From contig JBEKEC010000046.1 in NCBI GenBank assembly GCA_050014015.1, positions 2,405-66,404 of the forward strand: DNA of 64,000 nt, read 5' to 3'. Below the pieces are notes generated by a model that saw nothing but the letters and a program-made list of their open reading frames with translations, had not been told where the DNA came from and made no database searches. Made by a program: the position numbers and the translations under genes. This stretch comes from Tepidisphaeraceae bacterium (GTDB taxonomy: Bacteria; Planctomycetota; Phycisphaerae; Tepidisphaerales; Tepidisphaeraceae). Position 1 is the first letter of the stretch. Each line of letters opens with the position of its first letter. Shown in pieces: positions 27,958 to 35,990 of this stretch.

Positions 27958-28734
27958 ATGCAGAACTGCGTAAAATTACTTTTTTTAATTCTGGTTCCCA
28001 CGTTCGCATACGGTGAGATCGTGAAAACTACAGTTCATTATCGTCAAGGGGACACGGATCTTGAGGGAATTTTGGTCTACGACAACAGCGTTCAGACCCC
28101 CCGGCCTGGGGTGCTGGTTTTTCCGGAGTGGTGGGGCTTGAACGATTATCCCCAACACCGGGCGGAACAGCTTGCCCAGCTTGGCTACGTTGCCTTCGCG
28201 GCGGACATGTACGGCAACGACCAGGTGACCGACGCGCCCGACGTGGCCGCCAAATGGATGGGCGGCGTCAAAGGCGATCTGGATCTGATGCGAGCCCGCG
28301 CCAAGGCGGCGTTGGACGTGCTGGCCAAGGATCCGCACGTGGATCCCAGCCGGATCGCGGCGATCGGATATTGCTTCGGCGGCACGGTGGCGCTGGAACT
28401 GGCCCGCAGCGGGGCGCCGATTGTGGGTGTCGTGTCGTTCCACGGCGGGCTGGATACGACCCGGCCGGAGGATGCCGGGAATATCAAGGGAAAGATACTG
28501 GTTTGCACGGGTGGGGATGACGCGTTCGTACCGGCGGCCCAGGTGGAGGCTTTCGAGGATGAGATGCGGCAGGCAAAGGCGAATTGGCAGGTGATCGTGT
28601 ATGGGGGGGCGCATCATGCGTTTACCAATCCCCAGGCGGATTCGCATCACATCCCCAACATTGCCTATAACGCGGATGCGGACCGGCGGTCCTGGGCGGC
28701 GATGCGGGGGTTTTTTGAGGAGATTTTTCATTGA
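27958..28734 (+). CDS. Dienelactone hydrolase family protein (secreted)
   Basis: I moved the start to ATG 27958 (signal MQNCVKLLFLILVPTFAYG). It has ..PGVLVFPEWWGLNDY.., the GYCFGG nucleophile elbow, and ..YGGAHHAF. Confidence 0.85.
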   Translation: MQNCVKLLFLILVPTFAYGEIVKTTVHYRQGDTDLEGILVYDNSVQTPRPGVLVFPEWWGLNDYPQHRAEQLAQLGYVAFAADMYGNDQVTDAPDVAAKWMGGVKGDLDLMRARAKAALDVLAKDPHVDPSRIAAIGYCFGGTVALELARSGAPIVGVVSFHGGLDTTRPEDAGNIKGKILVCTGGDDAFVPAAQVEAFEDEMRQAKANWQVIVYGGAHHAFTNPQADSHHIPNIAYNADADRRSWAAMRGFFEEIFH

Positions 28735-28827
28735 TTGAGGTGGAAAACGGGGGTCGGAGGGGGGATTTGGGGCATGAAATGCGGTGGACAACGTCTATAA
28801 TTCGAAGAGTTCAAAGTGGAGACTCCC

Positions 28828-30102
28828 ATGGGCGTTTTTGCGTATGAGGCGATGAATTCGTCCGGACAGGAAGTGAAGGACGAAATCGAAGCGGGATCGA
28901 CCGAAGAGGCGATTGCCAAGATTCGCGGCAAGGGATTTTTTCCCACCAAAGTCCGCGAGAAGGCGCAAAAGAAATCGCAGAAGAAGAAATCCGCCGCCGG
29001 CGACACGGCGCCGTTGCAGAAGAAGCGGAAGATGCCGATCTCCATCGGCGGCGTGCCGCGAAAGCAACTGGTCATGTTCACCCGGCAGCTTTCGACGCTT
29101 CAGGACGCCGGCCTGCCGATTCTGCGGAGCCTGCAGATTCTGGAGTCGCAGCAGAAGCCGGGGCTTCTCAAGGCGGTCATCGGCGGCGTCGCCGACGAGG
29201 TCGAAGGCGGAGGCTCTCTGTCCGACGCGATGGCGAAATTTCCCAAGGCGTTCGACAAGTTGTACGTGAACATGATCAACGCCGGGGAGGCCGGCGGCGT
29301 GCTGGACCTGATTCTGGCGCGTCTGGCGGAATTCATGGAGAAGGCCGCCAAGCTGAAGAAAAAAGTCATCGGCGCGATGATTTATCCGTGCGTGGTGATC
29401 AGCATCGCGGTGGGCGTGGTGTCGCTGATCATGATCGTCGTGATCCCGAAGTTCAAGACCATTTTCGCCGATTTCAAGACGGAATTGCCGCCGGTCACCA
29501 AGGTTCTTTTGGCCATCAGCAATTGGTTTGCCACGCAATATGGCTGGGCCTACGTGCTGGTATCCCCGCTGCTGCTGGTGGGTCTGCTCAAGCTGATCCA
29601 GCTCAGCGAAGGGGGAAAATACTTTGTGGATGCGGTGAAGCTGAAGATTCCGGTTCTGGGCGGGATCGTGGGCAAATCGGCGATCGCCCGCTTCACGCGC
29701 ACGCTGGGAACGCTGATCAGCGCCGGCGTGCCAATCCTGGACGCGATCAACATCACGAAGGAAACCTGCGGCAATGAGGTTTACACGCGCGCCCTGGGCA
29801 AGGTTCACGATGCGATCCGGGAAGGCGAATCCATGGCCGACCCGCTCCGCGCCACCAAGGTGTGCGACGCCATCGTGGTCAACATGATCGACGTCGGCGA
29901 AGAGACGGGCGACCTGGACAAGATGCTCATCAAGGTCGCCGACAACTACGACAGCGACGTGGACGTGCTGGTCGGCTCGCTGATCAGCATTCTGGAGCCG
30001 ATCATGGTTGTGGTCTTGGGCCTGATCGTGGGATTCATTGTCGTCGCGCTTTTCATGCCGATGGTTGCCCTGATCGAGACGATTTCTGCGCCGAAACATT
30101 GA
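28828..30102 (+). CDS. Type II secretion / type IV pilus platform protein (GspF/PilC family)
   Basis: Sequence is MGVFAYEAMNSSGQEVKDEIEAGSTEEAIAKIRGKGFFP.. with two GspF repeats (..FTRQLSTLQDAGLPILRSL..; ..FTRTLGTLISAGVPILDAI..). The ATG at 28828 follows a GGAG. Confidence 0.9.
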   Translation: MGVFAYEAMNSSGQEVKDEIEAGSTEEAIAKIRGKGFFPTKVREKAQKKSQKKKSAAGDTAPLQKKRKMPISIGGVPRKQLVMFTRQLSTLQDAGLPILRSLQILESQQKPGLLKAVIGGVADEVEGGGSLSDAMAKFPKAFDKLYVNMINAGEAGGVLDLILARLAEFMEKAAKLKKKVIGAMIYPCVVISIAVGVVSLIMIVVIPKFKTIFADFKTELPPVTKVLLAISNWFATQYGWAYVLVSPLLLVGLLKLIQLSEGGKYFVDAVKLKIPVLGGIVGKSAIARFTRTLGTLISAGVPILDAINITKETCGNEVYTRALGKVHDAIREGESMADPLRATKVCDAIVVNMIDVGEETGDLDKMLIKVADNYDSDVDVLVGSLISILEPIMVVVLGLIVGFIVVALFMPMVALIETISAPKH

Positions 30103-30128
30103 ACTCCGGACCCGTTTTTCGATCTTCC

Positions 30129-30674
30129 GTGGCAGGCGCCGCACGTACGTGCGGGGCTACGGCAAGGGGCGCGTTCACCTTGATTGAAGCCCTCACGGCC
30201 GTCGCGATTCTGGTGATCGTGGTGGGGCTGATGGTGAGTCTATCGCGTCACCTTCGATTGGCGTCGACGGTGGATTTGACCAAGGACATCCTCCACCGGC
30301 TGGACGCGGCGATGGCGGCGTACGTCCGCCAGAACGGCACGATCCCGGTCGTCCCGGAACTCATCAGCGATCAACAGGTCCCGCCGGAGATTCAGTTGCG
30401 CCGCCCGGCGGAGCGAAACGACGAGGCGTTCATCCGCGCCCTGAAATCGGCGGGGCTTCTCACCGGGCAATTCGACGATCTTTCGATCGCGTATTATGAC
30501 GAGGCGCGTGTCCGCGATGCCTGGGGGAGTCCAATCGTTTTCATGTCGCACATGCACCCGGCGATCGGGATGAACCCCAAGGGCTGGTTTTTCTTCAGCG
30601 CCGGGCCCGACCGGCAATATCTCACCCGTGACGACAATCTTTACAGCTACGATCAGCCGGCGGTGAAGCCGTGA
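30129..30674 (+). CDS. Prepilin-type N-terminal cleavage/methylation domain protein (pseudopilin-like)
   Basis: The motif ..ARG/AFTLIEALTAVAILVIVVGL is the class III signal peptide. I propose a GTG start at 30129, just after the pilC-like stop. Confidence 0.7.
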   Translation: MAGAARTCGATARGAFTLIEALTAVAILVIVVGLMVSLSRHLRLASTVDLTKDILHRLDAAMAAYVRQNGTIPVVPELISDQQVPPEIQLRRPAERNDEAFIRALKSAGLLTGQFDDLSIAYYDEARVRDAWGSPIVFMSHMHPAIGMNPKGWFFFSAGPDRQYLTRDDNLYSYDQPAVKP

Positions 30675-31006
30675 CATTGCCCAATGCTCACCTCGCCGTC
30701 GTCGAACAGCGGGAAATTACAGAATATCTCCTGAACCCAGCGCATCCGCAGAACGGCGGCAAGGCCCGCTTTTTCGCCTCAATGGGACTTACCGACAAGC
30801 GATGGCAGTTAATGGTCACCGGGTTGAGCGAACTGGCGAAGAATGGGCAAGTGGTCCAAAGCTCGCAAACGGCACATGGTCGAAAATTCATCGTTGATGG
30901 CGATATTGACGCGCCATCGGGCAACAAGGTTCGTGTGCGTTCCGTCTGGATTGTCGATCAAGGAAAGGATAATCCGCGGTTGGTAACGGCGTATCCACAA
31001 GGCTAG
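30671..31006 (+). CDS. DUF6883 domain protein (putative toxin-like partner of DUF4926)
   Basis: Sequence is LPNAHLAVVEQREITEYLLNPAHPQNGGKARFFASMGL...VRSVWIVDQGKDNPRLVTAYP. The GTG start overlaps the pseudopilin stop (GTGA). Confidence 0.7.
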   Translation: MTLPNAHLAVVEQREITEYLLNPAHPQNGGKARFFASMGLTDKRWQLMVTGLSELAKNGQVVQSSQTAHGRKFIVDGDIDAPSGNKVRVRSVWIVDQGKDNPRLVTAYPQG

Positions 31007-31018
31007 AATGAGGTTGTC

Positions 31019-31246
31019 ATGATTCAGGAACATGAACGCGCGGTTTTGAACGTGGACGTGCCCGGCGAGGGTCTGAAAGCCGGCGACGTGGGGACGGTCG
31101 TGCACGTTTACGGTGACGGGAAGGCGTACGAGGTGGAATTCGTCACGCTTGAAGGCCGGACGGTGGCTGTTGTCACGCTGGAGGCGGCTCAAATCAGGCC
31201 GGTGAAGCCGCGAGAGATTCCGCATGCTCGGGAACTCGCCGCGTGA
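31019..31246 (+). CDS. DUF4926 domain protein
   Basis: The sequence ..VLNVDVPGEGLKAGDVGTVVHVYGDGKAYEVEFVTLEGRTVAVVTLEAAQIRP fits the DUF4926 pattern. Confidence 0.7.
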   Translation: MIQEHERAVLNVDVPGEGLKAGDVGTVVHVYGDGKAYEVEFVTLEGRTVAVVTLEAAQIRPVKPREIPHARELAA

Positions 31247-31271
31247 GGGGTTGCATGCCGACGTTGGTAAA

Positions 31272-31502
31272 ATGATGCGTGATTATCACATCAACATTTT
31301 TTATAGCGACGAGGACGAAGGGTATATCGCCGATATCCCCGATCTGGAAGCGTGCTCGGCATTCGGGAAGACCCCGGATGCGGCGTTGGCAGAGTTGCAG
31401 GTTGCGCGAGGTGCATGGATAAGGGCGGCCAAGGCGACGGGAAAGCGCGTTCCCCCTCCGCGGTATCGCCCCGCAATCTATCAATTGCCGGTAGCTGGCT
31501 AG
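31272..31502 (+). CDS. HicB-like antitoxin family protein (no hicA partner seen)
   Basis: Sequence is MMRDYHINIFYSDEDEGYIADIPDLEACSAFGKTPDAALAELQVARGAWIRAAKATGKRVPPP. Confidence 0.65.
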   Translation: MMRDYHINIFYSDEDEGYIADIPDLEACSAFGKTPDAALAELQVARGAWIRAAKATGKRVPPPRYRPAIYQLPVAG

Positions 31503-31614
31503 TATTCCGTCAGCTCGGTCCGAGAGACGATTGTCAGGACCGCATGTTTCCCAATGGCGAATTGGGAAGGCGCCGCCCTATCATCCAATGGTCCTTTCGG
31601 GAGAATCCGACGAA

Positions 31615-33051
31615 ATGAGTCATCCTCGCGCCGCGACGGTCGGGCAATTGAAAGAGTCGGGATATAAGCCGTGCTCGGTGAAGGACGAGCTGCGGAGGAA
31701 CGTTATCCGCAAACTGAAGGCGGGTGAGGAGCTTTTTCCGGGGCTGGTGGGATATCGGGATTCGGTGATTCCGCAGATCGTCAACGGGATCCTTTCCAAA
31801 CACGATCTGCTGTTTCTGGGGCTGCGCGGGCAGGCGAAGACGCGGATTCTGCGGATGTTGCCGATGCTGCTGGATGAGTGGATTCCGGTGCTGGGGGGCA
31901 CGGAGATCAACGACGATCCGCTGGAGCCTGGGACGAAGACGGGCCGGCGGATCGTGGCGGAGCAGGGCGACGACGCGGCGGTCGAATGGGTGCATCGGGA
32001 CGACCGGTATCACGAGAAGCTGGCGACGCCGGACGTCACGATCGCGGATTTGATCGGGGAGATCGATTTGGTGAAGCATGCGGAGGGGAGATATCTGTCG
32101 GATGAATCGACGATGCACTATGGGCTGATTCCGAGGAGCAACCGGGGGATTTTCGCGATCAACGAGTTGCCGGATTTGGCCCCGCGGATTCAGGTGGGAT
32201 TGTTCAACGTGCTGGAGGAGCGGGACGTGCAGATTCGGGGGTATCCGATCCGGCTGGAGTTGGACGTGTGCCTGGTGTTCAGCGCCAATCCGGAGGATTA
32301 CACGAATCGGGGCCGGATCGTGACGCCGCTGAAGGACCGGATCGGATCGGTGATCCGGACGCATTATCCGGAGACGATCGCGGAGGGAATCCAGATCGCG
32401 CAGGAGAACGCGTGGCTGGATCGCAAGGGAAAATCCGAAAGCGACAGCGACGTTCGGGTGGAGGTGCCGGCGTTCATGAACGAGATCGTGGAAGAGGTGG
32501 TTCGGCTGGCGCGGAGCAGCCCGCACGTTTCGCAGGCGTCGGGAGTGTCGGTGCGGACGAGCATCGCGAACCTGGAAACGGTGGTGAGCAACGCGGAGCG
32601 GAGGGGACTGGCGACGGGGGAGAAGCGCGTGGTGCCGCGGGTGTGCGACCTGAATTATCTGGTCGCCAGTTGCCGCGGGAAGATCGAGATGACCCTGGCG
32701 GAAGAGGAAGGCGCGGAGGACAAGCTGATCCGGGCGTTGGTGGGCGAAGCCGTGAAGGCGGTGTTCGGGAAATATGGCGACGCCGAGGGGCATGATTCGA
32801 TCACGGAACAGTTCAAGGGGAATTTGACGTTTCCGGCGGGGGACGATCTGTCGGCGGAGGAATTCGTGGCGAACATGAAGGCGATCAAGGGCCTGCCGCA
32901 GGCGACGGCGCAGTTGGCCAAGGAGATGGAATTGGACTGCGGCGACCCGGCCATGCTGGCAAGCGTGGGAGAGTTTTTGCTGGAAGGTTTATACGTGAAC
33001 AATCGGCTGAGCAAGTACAGTTCGAGGGGGAAGACGTTTTTCAAGAGGTGA
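31615..33051 (+). CDS. ChlI/BchI-like AAA+ ATPase (Mg-chelatase-related, often annotated as a sigma-54 interaction domain protein)
   Basis: I moved the start to ATG 31615. It has ..LLFLGLRGQAKTRILRML.. (P-loop-like), ..GIFAINELPDLAPRIQVGLFNVLEERDVQIRGYPI.. (Walker B/sensor) and ..CLVFSANPEDY. Confidence 0.65.
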   Translation: MSHPRAATVGQLKESGYKPCSVKDELRRNVIRKLKAGEELFPGLVGYRDSVIPQIVNGILSKHDLLFLGLRGQAKTRILRMLPMLLDEWIPVLGGTEINDDPLEPGTKTGRRIVAEQGDDAAVEWVHRDDRYHEKLATPDVTIADLIGEIDLVKHAEGRYLSDESTMHYGLIPRSNRGIFAINELPDLAPRIQVGLFNVLEERDVQIRGYPIRLELDVCLVFSANPEDYTNRGRIVTPLKDRIGSVIRTHYPETIAEGIQIAQENAWLDRKGKSESDSDVRVEVPAFMNEIVEEVVRLARSSPHVSQASGVSVRTSIANLETVVSNAERRGLATGEKRVVPRVCDLNYLVASCRGKIEMTLAEEEGAEDKLIRALVGEAVKAVFGKYGDAEGHDSITEQFKGNLTFPAGDDLSAEEFVANMKAIKGLPQATAQLAKEMELDCGDPAMLASVGEFLLEGLYVNNRLSKYSSRGKTFFKR

Positions 33052-33137
33052 GGGGGTGTCAACCAGAACTTTTGAAGACGAGGTTGCTTGCGTCCGATAG
33101 GGGATGTATAATTCTGTATAACTGAAGGAAATTCGAC

Positions 33138-33374
33138 ATGGCAACCCTCGTGAAGGTGCGTAAATGGGGCAACAGCTTGGGACTTCGGATTCCCAAGACG
33201 TTCGCCACTGAGCGGGCGATAGTCGACGGAGCCACGCTGGAGATCGACCATCTCAAAATCGCCGACACCCCAGGGCGTCGGCGCAGCCGTTACAAGCTCA
33301 AGGACATTTTGAAGAACTATGCCAGGCCACCAACGGAATTGGATTTTCCACGGGCGGGCAGGGAGAGCGCGTGA
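33138..33374 (+). CDS. mazE: AbrB/MazE/SpoVT-family antitoxin
   Basis: Sequence is MATLVKVRKWGNSLGLRIPKTFA... Its stop overlaps the downstream start (GTGA). Confidence 0.8.
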   Translation: MATLVKVRKWGNSLGLRIPKTFATERAIVDGATLEIDHLKIADTPGRRRSRYKLKDILKNYARPPTELDFPRAGRESA

Positions 33375-33766
33375 GCCATCGCACGTATTTCCCAAAGCGC
33401 GGCGATTTCATCCACTTTAACGCATCCCCATCGGCCGGCCAGGAAACTGCCGGGCCGCACTTTGCCCTGGTCATGAGCCCCGTGAGTTACAGCCGGAAAA
33501 CCGGCATGGCCATCGTATTGATCGGCACGAGCAAATTTAAGCACCAATCGCATCCGCGGTACGGGAACGTCAAGTACATACCGACCGGCATGATTGAACC
33601 AACGCGGGACAACCCTGTGGGGGAAGGCGTGCTGTTTTGCGATGCCGTCCGTCAGATTGACTGGCGGGAGCGTTCCGCCTCGTATGCGGGACATGCTCCG
33701 AGGGATTTTGTCGAAGATGCGCTGGACCGACTATTATCAGCCATGGAAGAGGATGTGGGCGAGTAG
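33371..33766 (+). CDS. mazF: MazF/PemK-family toxin
   Basis: The sequence ..YFPKRGDFIHFNASPSAGQETAGPHFALVMSP..GMAIVLIGTS.. fits the PemK fold pattern. It is paired with MazE. Confidence 0.7.
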   Translation: MSHRTYFPKRGDFIHFNASPSAGQETAGPHFALVMSPVSYSRKTGMAIVLIGTSKFKHQSHPRYGNVKYIPTGMIEPTRDNPVGEGVLFCDAVRQIDWRERSASYAGHAPRDFVEDALDRLLSAMEEDVGE

Positions 33767-33789
33767 CTGCCGGTTAGGCATCGCCGGAA

Positions 33790-33908
33790 GGGCCATCGCA
33801 TTGGGCGATGGCGTTCAAGGGTTCAAGGGTTGAAGGGTTCAAGGCAAGGGGAACGTATTTCCCTTGAACCTTTTAACCCTTGAACCCCGTCGCCAAATGC
33901 GATGGCCC
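33790..33908. repeat. Gene-less long hairpin built from GGGTTCAAG units plus outer unique arms
   Basis: The sequence gggccatcgcattgggcgatggcgttcaagggttcaagggttgaagggttcaagg ... ccttgaaccttttaacccttgaaccccgtcgccaaatgcgatggccc has arms that are near-perfect reverse complements around a tiny loop. Confidence 0.85.
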
Positions 33909-34023
33909 TGCATCGCCGGGTGGCGTTTTGTCCGACCCGTTGACCCCCCGGTGATGTGTGGTATTCTTTGATCAGTTCATGGATGAACGCCCTTTGGTTG
34001 TATTGGACATGGAGGTCCGGGCT

Positions 34024-34230
34024 ATGCATTTCTTTTCATTTGATCGCGGGATTATTGTTGCGCTTTGTTTTGTGCTTTGGATCGCGGCGGCCGGCCTGAT
34101 TTGCTGGGCTTTGGTGCCGAGGCAATTGCCGGATGATTCGGCGCCGCTCGCCAGCCCGGCGGCGGTGGTCCATGCGCAGGCGGCCGGCGCGGCTACGCCA
34201 CGGGGGCAGGTGTCGCTGGCGCAGCGGTAG
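34024..34230 (+). CDS. Possible small membrane protein
   Basis: 68-aa ORF (MHFFSFDRGIIVALCFVLWIAAAGLICWALV..) upstream of psd. The only support is one TM helix. Confidence 0.25.
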   Translation: MHFFSFDRGIIVALCFVLWIAAAGLICWALVPRQLPDDSAPLASPAAVVHAQAAGAATPRGQVSLAQR

Positions 34231-34296
34231 AAAGAGGGGGCGGAGGCGGTGGGTGGATTCGTTGACATCGCGGGGGGTGGGGTCTAGCTTGAAGTG

Positions 34297-35025
34297 ATGG
34301 TTCCGCTGACGCGACATGGGTGGCGGGAAATGCTGATCGGGTCGCTGGTGCTGGCGATCACGGCATGGGGGTTGAGGCTCGTTTTCTGGCCGCTGGCGCT
34401 GATTTGTGTCCCGGTGCTGATTTGGCTGTTCGCGTTTTTCAGGGACCCGGAGCGGAAAATTCCCGCCGAGCAGCGTGCGGTGGTGTCGCCGGCCGATGGG
34501 AAGGTCTCGGACGTCACCGAGGTCGAGCATGATGAGCTGATCGGCGGCCCGGCGGTGCGGGTGGGGATATTTCTGTCGGTGTTCAACGTACACGTCAATC
34601 GATCTCCCTGCGATGGGAAGGTGGTCTCCGTCTCCTACAAGAAGGGGAAGTTCATCAATGCGATGAATCACGGGGGCGCGTCGGAGCAGAACGAATCGAA
34701 CACCATCGTGCTGGCCGAGCCGAGGGGCGGGAGAAACATCGTGGTAATCAAGCAGATCGTGGGGATGATCGCGCGGCGGATCGTGTGCACGGTCGCCAAG
34801 GACGAATTTGTGGAGCGCGGGGCGAGGATCGGGATGATCAAGTTTGGGAGCCGGACGGAATTGACGATCGCCAAGTGGCTTGAGCCGAAGATTGAGGTGG
34901 AGGTGGGTCAGAACGTGCGAGGAGCGGCGGACGTGATCGCGACGTTGGGCAACCCGATCCACACGGAGGAGGCGGCGGCGGGCGAGGAGTTGGAGCCGCT
35001 GGTGCCGCGGGAGACGCCGGCATGA
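34297..35025 (+). CDS. psd: Phosphatidylserine decarboxylase (short, archaetidyl-type proenzyme)
   Basis: It has ..VVSPADGKVSDV.., ..FLSVFNVHVNRSPCDGKV.. and the ..IKFGSRTEL self-cleavage GS motif. Confidence 0.85.
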   Translation: MVPLTRHGWREMLIGSLVLAITAWGLRLVFWPLALICVPVLIWLFAFFRDPERKIPAEQRAVVSPADGKVSDVTEVEHDELIGGPAVRVGIFLSVFNVHVNRSPCDGKVVSVSYKKGKFINAMNHGGASEQNESNTIVLAEPRGGRNIVVIKQIVGMIARRIVCTVAKDEFVERGARIGMIKFGSRTELTIAKWLEPKIEVEVGQNVRGAADVIATLGNPIHTEEAAAGEELEPLVPRETPA

Positions 35026-35975
35026 CCCGAATCGGCAAAAGGTTCTCCGAGGAGACGCTAGGGGAGAGTGCCGTGAAACGGCGTCGGCCGCGGCGTTCGC
35101 GGGAGCAGAGACGGCTGCGGCTGCGGCGGCACGGGCGGCGGGCGTACATCCGGTCAGTCTATTTCCTGCCGAGTCTGGCAACGTTGGGAAACGCCGTCTC
35201 CGGGTTCGGGGCGATTTACGTCGCCGCCATGGTGGCGCATGGCGGAGAGTTGCCGAAAGATCCGTGGGGAACCTTCTTCGTGAATCGGGGTTTCGCGGCG
35301 GCGGCGTATCTGATCTTTCTGGCCATGGCGTTCGATGCGCTGGACGGCCGGCTGGCGCGGTTCGCGCGGCATACCACGGATTTCGGCGGACAGCTCGACA
35401 GCCTGGCGGATGTCGTCAGCTTTGGACTGGCGCCGGCGTTCGTGGCGCTGCGGATGTTTCACCTGGATGGGCCGACCTGGGATTTGCCGCTCATGCGATT
35501 GGTGTGGGCGGTGGCGGCGCTGTACATGTGCTGCGCGGCGATCCGGCTGGCGAGATTCAACGTCAGCAACGAGCACGGTGAACAACATCATTTCAGCTTT
35601 CTCGGGCTGCCGTCGCCCGGAGCGGCGGGCGCGGTGGCGGGGCTGATCCTGATGGAGCAGGATTTGGCGCGGCAATCGCTGGCGTTTTTATCGCACGCAT
35701 GTTTGGCCCTGTTGCCGTGCGTGGTCCTGGCCAGCGCATTGCTGATGGTCAGCCATCTGCGCTATCCGCATCTGGTGAATCGGTATCTGCGGGGCCGGCG
35801 GTCGATCGGCCGGCTGATCACCATGGTGGGGATTACGCTGCTGATGGTGATAGCGCATCAATACGTGGTGGGGATTGGGATGCTGGCGTACGCGGCGTGG
35901 GGGCCGGGGGCGTGGATGACCGTGAGGATTCGGCGGTGGATGAGGCCGCGTCCCGGCGCGCCGGGACGCGGCTAA
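35022..35975 (+). CDS. pssA: CDP-diacylglycerol--serine O-phosphatidyltransferase
   Basis: The CDP-alcohol phosphatidyltransferase motif DALDGRLAR...GGQLDSLADVVSFGLAP is present. The ATG overlaps the psd stop (ATGA). Confidence 0.85.
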   Translation: MTRIGKRFSEETLGESAVKRRRPRRSREQRRLRLRRHGRRAYIRSVYFLPSLATLGNAVSGFGAIYVAAMVAHGGELPKDPWGTFFVNRGFAAAAYLIFLAMAFDALDGRLARFARHTTDFGGQLDSLADVVSFGLAPAFVALRMFHLDGPTWDLPLMRLVWAVAALYMCCAAIRLARFNVSNEHGEQHHFSFLGLPSPGAAGAVAGLILMEQDLARQSLAFLSHACLALLPCVVLASALLMVSHLRYPHLVNRYLRGRRSIGRLITMVGITLLMVIAHQYVVGIGMLAYAAWGPGAWMTVRIRRWMRPRPGAPGRG

Positions 35976-35990
35976 ACACGAGGGAATTGC

